A stretch of 64,000 nt of DNA from Takakia lepidozioides (Eukaryota; Plantae; Bryophyta). The stretch spans positions 33,046,001 through 33,110,000 of the forward strand of contig CM060733.1 in NCBI GenBank assembly GCA_030704615.1, written 5' to 3'. Shown piece by piece: positions 50,471 through 61,426 of this stretch (positions within the stretch are counted from its first letter, which is position 1; each line of letters opens with the position of its first letter). Position numbers and translations under genes: made by a program. Below the pieces are notes generated by a model, which had not been told where the DNA came from, did no database searches, and worked only from the letters and a program-made list of their open reading frames with translations.

Positions 50471-53388
50471 TGTTAGAAGGCAGTCTGGGACTTAGGCATT
50501 TTTATGGGTTCTGTGGAGTCTGGGACTTAGACACTTCTATGGGTTCTGAGGGGTACCCTTAATTTTTTGAGATAGCCCGTCACAACCCGACATAGCCCGA
50601 AACAGTCGTCACAGTCTGACACAGTCGCACAGTCAGTCACAGCTGTCACAGTCGTAGGGAACGGTTATCATGACAGGGAACGACTGTGGGGAACAACATC
50701 TGCCGGGGAACATGTAATTCACGGAGGACGGTTAGTGAAGGGAAACGGTTAGAACAGGGGGGAAGGAGATAAAGCGGGCAGCGGAGACGGGAGATGATCA
50801 CTTTTTGGGGGATGGAGATCACTGCTGGGGGACTTTAGCCACGGAGATCACTCCTGGGGAAGGACTAAGATCGAAGGAAGGGAAGCTGGCGAGGAGGAAG
50901 GAGATTCTATAGGACAGAGTTAGTACGAGATGTAGGATTACTTAGAGGGATAGATTAGAGAAGTTAGGACATCAGCATGTATCCGATTATGATTAGTCTG
51001 ATTCTCATCCGATACAAACACCTTGTGTTGAGAGACTTGAGTGAAGCTGTGTATGAATGAAATCAGGGGGGGCCCAAGAAGCAATCTGACGCTTAAAAAG
51101 ATACCTGGTCATGATAAACAGGGAATATAAACTGATAAGGAATATAATTGGAAACCCAACAATGATTCACTAGCTGCAGGTCATGACTGATTGTTTCATG
51201 CGGGCTGAATGCTTAGAGATATCCAACTCTTCTATCTTGGAGTTTCCCCCTCGGATAGCGAAGGGATGGGTGAGTAAAAGCCGTGTGACATTTGGCGACC
51301 ATACTGGGGAACTGAGTCATGAACAACCAGATGTGACAGGCATCTGGTGGGATCAGTGCAACCCCAGCCAAAAAGAAACAATGATCAAGACCACTATGGT
51401 AGGACAGGTGGTTATAACAATGGCATGGAAAGGAGAGGTAATCCAAGAGGGAATTACCAGGGACATCCCAGGGGTGGCTATCAGGGTAATCCAAGAGGGA
51501 ATTACCAGCCAGGGAATCAGGATTACAGAAATAATCCCAGAACAGACCAAGGGTGAGGACCCAATGGAGAAGAACTGTGTTATTATTGTAATCAGGCAGG
51601 ACATCGTAAGGCGGCTTGTCCATTCTGGATCAGACACCAGAATGAGATGAGAGCTCATGGGAATGAGGGGCCAGTAGTGGCAGCCCACATGGTTAGGCCA
51701 TGTATTGTACCGGAAGTGAGTACAATGATAGTAACAAGAAGCAGAGCCAAATTAGTACCTCCAGTGGAAGATGAAGTTGATGATAATGAAGATGGCAATG
51801 ATGTGCCTGAAGATGATGAGGCTTGGAGAGATGAGAAGGAACTGCACAAGGAAGTGGCAGATACCATACGGGAAATGCAGAAGAGTACTGATATTCCCAT
51901 GGTAGACTCCTCAGACTCTGAAGGAGAAGAAGAAGTCAGTGAGGAAGAAGGAAAGAGGGAAGCCGCATAAGTGCAGGGTAAGGAAGGGACATTGGCTGAA
52001 GTGATATGCCAGTCCAAAGTGGAAATTACCATTGGACAGCTATTAGCTGTGGCACCTTATTGTAGACACAGGCTGTATCAAGCAATCAACAGGATTGCCC
52101 ATTTGACAGAGAACACAGACCTGAACAGCAAGGTGACCAGTTATAATGTGAGGCCAGAAGGGCAAGAAACAATCATGGATTTTGATGATTCTATGCCAGT
52201 TATCCAGTTGAGAATTGGAAGCACAGAGCTGGCAGATGTACTGATAGATGGAGGCTCTGGTGTGAATATCATGACAGACCAATTGAGGCAGAAGCTAGGT
52301 CTAAGCAACATGAAACCAACCCCATTTACAGTAACCATGGCAGACCAAAGGAGTGTACAGCCATTGGGATTGATCAGAGGAGTTAAAATCCAGATTCAAG
52401 AGATGATCTTTAAGATCACAGTAACTGTGTTGAAGATGAATGAAGTCCTAGAAGCTTATTCCTTATTGTTGGGAAGACCATGGCTGAAACAGGCCAAAGT
52501 GTCTCATGATTGGAATTCACAGTTACTGACTGTGCAGGATGGGTTGAACAAGATACAAATCACCACTAAGAAATCTGAAAGACTATCTGCTACAAGAAGA
52601 CCAAGAGGGGTCAGAGAGAGTATGATTGGAAAGAAGGACTGGATGAGGAACAGGAAGCTACTTTGTTCGCTGCACACCCAGAGTAGGAACAGGTTGTAGA
52701 GATGCAATTAGAAGGCCTGAGTTGTTTAAAAAGTATCTATTGTGGTGCAGTGACAACAACCCCAATTGAGGAGGAAATAAATAGTTACCCACCACATTTT
52801 TATGAGGAAAGGGAAGGAGAGATTGATATCCTAGAGGAACCAGCCACTGTAAGTCTACAGGATGAAATAGTAACTGGTTGGACAATCACAGCTGATGAGC
52901 AGGTGAGGGAAGTGAATGTGGGAACTGAGAAGGAACCAAGGATAGTGAAGGTAGGGGCGGATCTAGAGCCAGAATTCTTTGAGGAAGCAAAGAGTCTGTT
53001 CATTAAATACAGAGATGTATTTGCTTGGAGCTATGAGGATCTAAAGGGGATACCACCTGAGATCTGTCAACATAAGATTGAACTGGAACCAGGATCAATA
53101 CCAGTTAAACAGGCGAGATACAGGATGAATCCAACTATGCAGAGAAGGTTGGAGAAGAGATCAAAAAGTTGGCTGAAGCTAAATTTATATACCCGATAGA
53201 GTACACAACTTGGTTGTCACCCATTGTGATAGTCCCCAAGAAAAATGGCAAACTAAGAGTTTGTGTGAACTACAAGAAGCTGAATGCTTGTACGAGGAAG
53301 GATCATTTTCCTCTACCATTCACAGAAGCAGTATTGGACACTGTGGCAGGCCATGAAATGTATTCATTCATGGATGGCTTCAGTGGAG
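50471..53388 (+). mobile_element. Ty3/gypsy LTR retrotransposon, 3'-truncated (LTR, gag, protease, RT N-terminus)
   Basis: TGTTAG start; CYYCNQAGHRKAAC knuckle; protease VLIDGGSGVNIM..LLGRPWL; RT WLSPIVIVPKKNGKLRVCVNY..YSFMDGFSG, then an abrupt break. Confidence 0.92.
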
Positions 53389-55957
53389 GGACCCTATGAC
53401 TTTTTGGGGTACAAAGATGCGGGAAACACCACAAGGACAGGGGAAGCTGCACGCAGATGCAGGCTAAGAGATGGGGCAAACAAGGAATGGGTAAGAAGTA
53501 GGAGGGACTTGAAACCCTTCATACCACCAGTGGGTGATCAGCCAGTGAAGGTGGTCAGTGAGGACCCTGACACTTAAAAAGGGGGACACACTACATATGT
53601 AGTGTGAATGCAGGGGAGTGACATTACATCTTTGTTTTTCCGTTAAGACCTACATCACATAATGGGAGTGCCCGTTATCCCAACTGCAGGAGGGATGTAT
53701 CCCTGCATGCAGGTAATTTCATGGGCACACTGAGCTTATGCTTTGCCAGGAGAAAAAATGGCTAAGTCATGACAGTGCGTATTTTCATCCATGCGATGAA
53801 CGTTTTCATCACTGGTGCCAACACCACTGCTCGCAGCAGCTGCTACGAGTCACCCGTCATCTTCCTCTTTGTTTTTCTCAACCCGTGATTTTAGGCATGT
53901 TGTTGGGAGGTTGTACCTACGCTGGGGGATTTTGCTTGGTTTAGGAAGCGGCATTAAGTGCCTCTGCTTGGTATTCTGTGTAAAGGGAAGCGGTGCCGCC
54001 TCTCTCGGAGTGATGATCAATTCCAGGAGATAGGAGCATGTAAGGAGAGCGGCGCACCACCGCTGCCGCCATTGCCTTGAAGATGACAGTTATGGGCAGA
54101 TGAGCAAGCAAGGAAAACGGCCAACTGCTGGAAGCACAAAGAAGAGAGTCTGGGCACAATCAATGGGGGGGATAAAACATGTGGAGTGCTGGCTGTATGG
54201 CATCTCAGGTTCTCTGTCATCAAGCTTCTAGCTGCTTTTGTGTCTTCTTGTTATAGGACCAGGTCGATTCGTAAGAAGGAATTGCATAGAGCAATTTAGT
54301 GGGCAAGCCACAGGATGTTCCAAGGGATGAAGAGGAGCCATCATGGCATGATAAAGACTGGAATCAAGACAAGGAGAAAAGGTTGAAGTGGCTGCTGACA
54401 GGCGATGGCGAGGTGCCACCTTGACAGGCAGACCCACCGCTTCACTAGAGGATAAAAACAGATAAGTCTGTGGACTGTTGGCCTTTTTTGGGAAAACTTA
54501 GAAATTGCTTTTGGTAGATTTAGGACTGCATCTTGGTAGAAGAGAAAAGGTGGAGACATGTGATAGAGGAAAAGGTTTTTGGAAATGGAATGGATACTCT
54601 GGACTTCAAACCAGAACATGGAAAGGATGGATGCACCTGATGTTGTGGTGTCAGTAAGAGAAATGAGTGAAGAGAGAGAGAGAGAGAGACTGTTTGTCAC
54701 TGAAATCAGAATGGTCACTGTTGTCTTCATTCTTGAATCTTGTTTCAGTGTTATAAACCTACACACAATGCTGCCGTGGGTAGTGATGCACTGAAACCAA
54801 TGTAAATCTAGCTTGTTTGCCTGGAGAGATCAAATGAGGGTTAGCTGGAACTGTTGAAAACATAGAAAGGATAAGGTGATCTAAGTATGGTGTCAGGATA
54901 TGAACAACTGCGTTTCACAGTTGAAGGGAAAAGAGGGATGTTGGGGTATTTGGTTGAAATCTGAAGAAGGGATGAGAGCTGTTTGGGCAATGGGTTCTTT
55001 GGAAAAAGGTAGTGTGAAGGGCTGAACATTGACAGAGAGAGAGAGAGAGAAACAGAGAAGAAGGGACAAGAGGGAGAGAGGGAGAGAGAGAGACTGATGA
55101 AGAGGATGGTTGTGTCTTGAGAGACCGAGGATGACTTCAAGGCTGGCTGCACTGGATGCTTGGCAGAGTGTGCATTTGCATTACATGATAGATGTGCTGC
55201 TGTGAAGAAGTGAGGAGCCTGTAGACATAGACAGAGATAGAGAAACAGACGAAAAAGGGAAGAGAGAGAGAGAGAGAGAGAAAAGGGGATTTGGGAAATG
55301 AGAGAGCTGTTCAGCAAAAGGGCTGATGGGGGGGGGATGGCCAATTTGGGGAGATGAGATGAAGAAAACCTGAACCCTGAATGAAACCAATGCCTCTGCA
55401 GTTCAAGAAGACCTGAGCTGCCTTCTCCTAAATCTGTGTCACCATTACAAAAGGGGATTTCCGACGTGTCACTGCTCAAAGGGGGCTTCACACAAAGGGT
55501 CCTGTTTACCGCTGCCATTGGGCTACTTGCATCATAGAAAAGATCACGCCAACACTGTTGGCGCCGTGATCATAGGGCCAGGCTGTTGTATAGAAGTAGA
55601 ACCGAGAGCAAGAACAATTCAAAAACTCCCCATCCATGTCTTCTCTTCCGCTGCGGCGTGGATGAGGATTCCGTAAACTCTGATCACGAACGAACCTGAA
55701 GGAAAACCCATATAGCCGTGTGACGATGGTTGGACAGAGTAAGAACGCTCATTTCCTTTGCTGGGCACAATCAACTGGGGGGAGGGGAGGACCACAGCTT
55801 TAGGATTAACCAGAAGGGGATTCACGTCCCTTCTTTTCACACTACACTCACACTATCCACATGTTCGTTCAATATTGTTCCCATTTTCGAGTTCATCCAG
55901 TTTGCATCCGATTTGGAATCCTCCACAACATTCTTGATGCTTTTAGAGTCTTGGCAT

Positions 55958-56493
55958 GTGCGACTTATCGTGCTTGCAAGGTTGGCGGGAGAAGCTTTTT
56001 TGGCATGGAGGGCGACCCCGAGCTATTCAAAAGTGTCATCCTCCCTCTTGTGTCTGGCTCTACGTCTGGCACACAGACTGAACAAATTCAAATCAGAAAT
56101 GATGAGGATACCGAGGATAAGCAGATCGACAACGACTTTTCATGTGAGTAAGTCTGTCATGGAACTGTGATTCCAGTTTGGGTGCATGTTCAATTTCGCA
56201 GACATCAAATTTGCAGTAATAACTTTTATCATGTTGTGACTTGCAGGAACGACAGCGATGGATCTTCAGGAGAAAACCCCATTTGTTCCAAGACTGTTTT
56301 CAACAGTCCCCTTTCCACTTTTGTGCTTCCTGTGTATGCCGAAGCAATGACACTTCAAATGGCCGAGGCTCTATCCCCTGACTTCTTATTGCCCGATCGC
56401 AGGAGTAGCCATCGTAGATCCGAAGTTCTTAAATTCTTGGACTTGGATGCAGATGAGACAGGGATAAATTGTACTGACTCTGAGTCAAATTGA
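55958..56493 (+). pseudogene. 3' exons of the ParB-MTase-like gene: SAM-binding (motif I-III) region + acidic tail
   Basis: (G)ATYRACKVGGRSFFGMEGDPELFKSVILPL resembles G.T..AA..LGR.FIGIE.DPEY of beta-class N4/N6 MTases. Donor GTGAGT at ~56144, acceptor at ~56247. Confidence 0.6.
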
Positions 56494-57129
56494 ACTTTGC
56501 ATTTTTAATGTTCTGTTTATATGCTCTTCGGTAATGATTGAGTTCTCTTGCCTCATTGCAATTGTTTCGTCAAAAAAGAAAATGAAACAAACAATCCACT
56601 CGGATTCAAATGTCAATCTTCATGAATCCATCCCACAAACCCCTCACAAAGTGTCTATTATATCCATTGTGCATTCATGTACTGTGTATTCATGCATCCT
56701 CCATTCAAGATTGTTTTCCATTATTCAACATACATTGTACATTCATCCATTGCACTCTCATCCATCCTACATTCATCCATCTGCTTGGATTGTTTCCACA
56801 CATCCATCTATTTCTCATCCACTCTACATTCATCCATGCTGCATTCATCTGTTGCTTTCAGGTGGGAGTGACCACGTCCTTTTATTATTTCGTCCAACCT
56901 TTTTCCGCGGTTGAGGGTGCTCTTCCGCGGAAATACACTCTGCTTCTTTCTTGGCGCGCGTTGACGTGGCGTTTACGGTCGATGACATGGCGTGAGCCCG
57001 GCGACATGGCGTTCAATCCTGGTGACGTGGCGTGAGCGCTGCTGCGCTCACGCCGCAAGGGTCACGCCGAGGCATCCCTAGGTCATTGCTTGCATGTAAA
57101 TGTGTTTTATACTACTTGAACCTTATAAG

Positions 57130-57378
57130 GAACAAATGTGTGTGGGGGGGGTAGTGCAATTTTCCTATGCTTGTGGCATGTGAGGCGAGCTTGGCAAAAG
57201 AATGTAGTCAGCAAGGTCAAAGATGTAGCAGTACGTGAGACTGTGTTACAGGACCTTGCACAAATCATGTATGACAGACAAGACACCTCCGGGGATGCAG
57301 GTGAGGCATGGGCAATATAGAAGATAATTTCATTGCGGGAGAAGTATCCTTCTAAGACTGATTTCTGCAACTATCTTG
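57130..57378 (+). pseudogene. Continuation of the host MULE transposase (CxxH exon) after the 17.5-kb insertion
   Basis: IFLCLWHVRRAWQKNVVSKVKD; AG acceptor at 57128-57129. Confidence 0.8.
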
Positions 57379-58022
57379 GCGGCATTGTGGGGTCCCGCAT
57401 TTCCGTTCTCGAAGCTTTGGTGGACTGGTCACAACCAACAACAGGGGACATTATTCTCAGGGGACACGACTCTGCAGGTAGAGTGGCTTGGTGTGGTTTC
57501 TATGATGAAAGTACTATTGAGTGTTCAAAGCTTCCAAACACGATGGTTCTGAGATCCAGATTCTTGGGTGCCCCCAATGAGGAGTGGGGTCCATATCAAC
57601 TAGGTTTGGATCCAGACAAGGAGAATGAATGCTTTCATGTTCTCACTGTATTCCAGTGGATGGGCGGAGGTTGGGACTCCATCAAGCTGTTTGACGCTCT
57701 TCCCTCCCCTATTTGGAAGATGCTTCAGCAAAGGCATACACCAGATAGGCCATGGACTGCTGCTGGAGACATTTGTGTCACCCTTGAGGGTAACACAATG
57801 CATGTGATTTTTGCATCATATATGCACATGCCAAAGAATGGCTCGTCAGTTTTCCTGCGTGTTGTACCTGACTGGGGGGGCAACCATTTCCATCACTCTG
57901 TTTATTTCTTTCGTTGGGATGGGCGGGTTTGTGTATGGAAGGAGCGAATGGTTAGGCTGCAGGTGGATGTTCCTTCATATGACTGGAACTTCAAGGAGGT
58001 GGACTGGCTAGAGGCAACATGA
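57379..58022 (+). CDS. Unidentified ~214-codon open frame joined to the truncated MULE transposase
   Basis: Stop-free and compositionally protein-like (Trp/Gly/Asp-rich); no motif recognised. Confidence 0.35.
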
Positions 58023-58751
58023 AGGTAAAAGCATTGCAGGACTGGAGTTTGACGTGTTTTGCATTGGCCCCGGGTTTGAAGTAGCACATGTGCATGGCCT
58101 AGGGGTCTGATTTCGGATGTGCATGTGGATTGTCAAGTGTGAATACAAATTCATGTTTAATTTCAGAAGATGAATTGAGGTGTGTAATCTGCATGAAGTT
58201 TTGGTAAACATTGCCTGGCTGTATTTGCATTATCACAGTTTGTTTTTGTCTTCAGTTTCAGTTTCAGTACTGTTAAACTCATGGGTGATACAATGTACCA
58301 CCAACGTGAAAGTGAAAGGCAGTATGTATTTCCATGGTTTGGTTGTGAATATGCATATGGATGAAAACCGCATGTACATGTGAGACAGATGGAAAATGGT
58401 TGGTGACAGTGCCATTATGTAACGCACTTGTAACGCCTACACTGTCGGTGGCATGTCCCCGTCATTGTCTCGCCCAGGTTGTTGTCGCTCTGGCCGAGGG
58501 TTCATGTAACACAGGTCTTGCACACCCGCTTGTGCCATATTGATTTCATTGAGGTCATCCTTGCCATAGTTTTCTTGGGTTTTCTGCCCACATGAGGTCT
58601 TTGTGTTGCAGGTGTTAGGGTCCTCTTGTACATCTCATATTATTAGTTTGCACTCTTGTTACTACTTCTGAATTTAGGTTGAGTTTGTGTTGCAAGTTCA
58701 AGGGTTGTCATCTTTGCAGTTTCCCTCACACTTTGCACAGTTCAGCTTCCA

Positions 58752-59207
58752 TTGTCCATGGATTCCACCCCAACATCCACTTTTCGCGCCAAGGCCTCTG
58801 AAATATTGTACAAAGCCCTCATTGTTGTTTCTGCCATGCCTTCTCACGACATGCAGCTGCACATTCTTCAGAAGATTGAAACCGAAGCGGGGCAGAACAA
58901 AGTCTGGAAGTACCACACTGTGGACTCAGTGTGTTGCATGATAGTTGACTTGGGCGCTTTGGAGTGCGTCTATACTATGGACGAGGAGGAGCAGTCAGGT
59001 GTTTTCCTTTGCCATGTTCTTATGGGATTTGTGGACAAGCTCATTTTCAAGACATTCAGGTACTGCACCTCTCGGTTTGATGGGGAGGCCCCAGTAGATT
59101 GGGGTTATCATATCTCCCTGGATACGGATTGGGTGCAAGACCTGTTGGCACTCATCCCAGCCTCCATGCAAGACATGATAGTTGTGGATCCAAGTTCAGA
59201 TGTGTAG
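58752..59207 (+). CDS. Unidentified 151-aa ORF
   Basis: Stop-free, globular-looking composition; no motif recognised. Confidence 0.3.
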   Translation: MSMDSTPTSTFRAKASEILYKALIVVSAMPSHDMQLHILQKIETEAGQNKVWKYHTVDSVCCMIVDLGALECVYTMDEEEQSGVFLCHVLMGFVDKLIFKTFRYCTSRFDGEAPVDWGYHISLDTDWVQDLLALIPASMQDMIVVDPSSDV

Positions 59208-60227
59208 TGTTTGAATATGCGGCTGTTTTTTTCTAGCAGTTCTAAAGTCAGGCCACATTCTCACACCAATGTGTAGGTGCTGTAGCTATTCTGTAACTCA
59301 GAAATGATGTACAGGTTGTTTTGTCGGTAGAGAATGATTCATGTGGCACCCACTTTTCATTGAGGGTTTTCATATCACGCGCACATGTAATTGACGCTTC
59401 TCATCAGTTTCATACATGCACTTTTATGCTGAAATGATCATTTTCTTCTCACTTGAACATTGAAATACTTAATGAATCCTGGCCACGAATTTGCCCCCAA
59501 GGATTGTTTGTTTACATGCATATGACCCTGTGTCTTTCCATGGCTCAACAAACCATGTACACCTGAAAGGGTGGATTCCAGCAGCGAAGGAAATGGAGAA
59601 GCCATGCAACCTTTGTCCCCTGTGTCTTTGAACTGAAATTGAAATGACTTATCTCTCGTGACTTTCATGTATTGCACATGGTATTACATACTTCTTCTGT
59701 GGCCAGTGCACATGTATAGCAGATGGTCAAGGATTCTAATTCTGGTGCCAGTCCACACCCATCTCGAATTAGAACATTAGGTCATTGCAGTTTCACCAAC
59801 TGTCATGTTTATTACATACCACAGTGACGTATGACGTATCAGCCTGCTGCCCTCTACATTATGGAGAATTGTTTTTTGGCCACATACAGGGATAGCATGA
59901 TGACCACAATATCAGGTGGGATTGATGCCAACACATACAGATGCGAGAGATTTAACACATATCCAGCCTTCCAAATGTTGCTGTTGCTCTTGACTCCCAA
60001 ACATGATGACTTCCACTTTCGTTTTAAAGTCCTTGAAAAAGCAAGTATGAATGGAAAATAAATAAAATAAACTTACGAAGGTAAATATACATAAGTGGAA
60101 GTATTTGGACAACACCGTGGTCTGCTATATGGCCAAGTAGTCTTCCGAATGATACGAAAGTGCTCTCATATGTAATGCAGTGCATAAATCAGTCTGTCAT
60201 ATATATAATTGAAGCACGGGTGACGAG

Positions 60228-60263
60228 CCCTGGTCACACGCGGCCAGGGTGACCGCATACTAG
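60228..60263 (+). mobile_element. Candidate Helitron 3' terminus
   Basis: GC hairpin CCCTGGTC-ACACGC-GGCCAGGG, 10 nt upstream of CTAG (60260-60263). The next base is C, not the usual T. Confidence 0.45.
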
Positions 60264-61426
60264 CCTAGGGGGTCGTGGCAAGTTGCGGTGTAGGTTGGGC
60301 TCAGCGAACCGCCTACCCGGCTACGGTAAGTACAGGGGTCCATGGTAGCTATGGACGGATCTAGATAGTCTAACTTCCTACCGGCAAAGCAAAGCTTAGC
60401 AACTCTACTTCACAGGGCGATTTGCGTTTCCTAGTCCTACGTTTTGTTTATGGGTTTTCTACGTCTTTAATCGTAATTGTCTTCCAAGTCTTTGTTTATT
60501 ACTACTTCCTACATGCCTGGACTCCCAACACGCTTATAGCCGGGACGAACCTTCAAATCCCTTCACAAAACGAATCTCGAGCCCAGGGAGACGGAGATCA
60601 TCTATCTCCCGCCCAATGCCCCCCCCTAAATCCTGAGGTGGCTGAGTGTCCTACCTCCTAGGAAGGGACCGGATCCGCTTTCCCAAGTCAGTCTCTCCTA
60701 CTTAGAGCGATCCAAAATGTCACCTCAATGGCCAGTCCATCGGGTGAATGATAACAATGCCAACCTCTAGGTAATTCCCAAGGTCTAATAACATTGGGTG
60801 TTCCTTGGCCCAATGCCCCCCTAGCGGCCGGGTACTTGACTTCAAATATCCTCGACGAACGGGGGCGATACCACCCTTAAAACTTGCGTTTCGAAGTTAA
60901 GGGGTCCGGATAAAACCCCTTAAAAAAGATGAATTACCCTTGCTAAATAATAAAGACAGATCATTAAAATATTCCTACAAATGCATGAAATTTGTAGAAA
61001 TAGAGAATCATCGCATGATGCTGGAGCTAACTAAATTACCCTCAAGGTACCAGGGAACGCCCTTTTATGCCGGGAGCATTGGGGAACCGCTCTCCACTTG
61101 GGAGCGCCCCTAAATTCCTACACCAAACCACTCAAGAACTCATTTTAACTTAAACCATCACCGGGCCAGGATGAATGAAATCTACCGCCCCACAGTTTCT
61201 CATCTGCTAGCCACCCCCGTGTGTAAACAATGATCAAACATTCAGTGGGTCCCAGGGTCCATTCCTTGCGCCTCTTCCACCTACTTCCAATATAATCTGA
61301 TTAATTTATACAGGCAACACCCCAGAACGAAGTTGAAACATGTCATCTTCTACCTTGTGAAACCCCAGCAGGGATTCTCTCCTTCCTGTCTCTGGGCTCT
61401 CTCTCTCTGCCTGTGGCATCTACCCG

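Larger units (their letters stand above)
39603..57080. mobile_element. 17.5-kb Mutator-like element with imperfect TIRs and 9-bp TSD, inserted in an intron of another MULE
   Basis: Left end CAGCGACGCAATGGCGTGAGCCTTGCGCGTGAGCG vs reverse complement of right end TAGGGATGCCTCGGCGTGACCCTTGCGGCGTGAGCG. TSD GATCATTGC (39594-39602) / GGTCATTGC (57081-57089). Removing the element restores an ~80-bp GT-AG intron. Confidence 0.85.

Noticed and set aside
54841-55518. 225-aa SLSLSL ORF
   Set aside because: Driven by (GA)n microsatellites; no recognisable domain.
39603-57080. hAT classification of the large element (CAG../..CCCTA ends)
   Set aside because: The TSD aligns as 9 bp and the internal transposase has MULE D-D-CxxH-E plus SWIM features.
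60264-61420. LTR or DIRS terminal repeat
   Set aside because: Repeat-like in character, but no partner end, PBS or coding evidence in the window.
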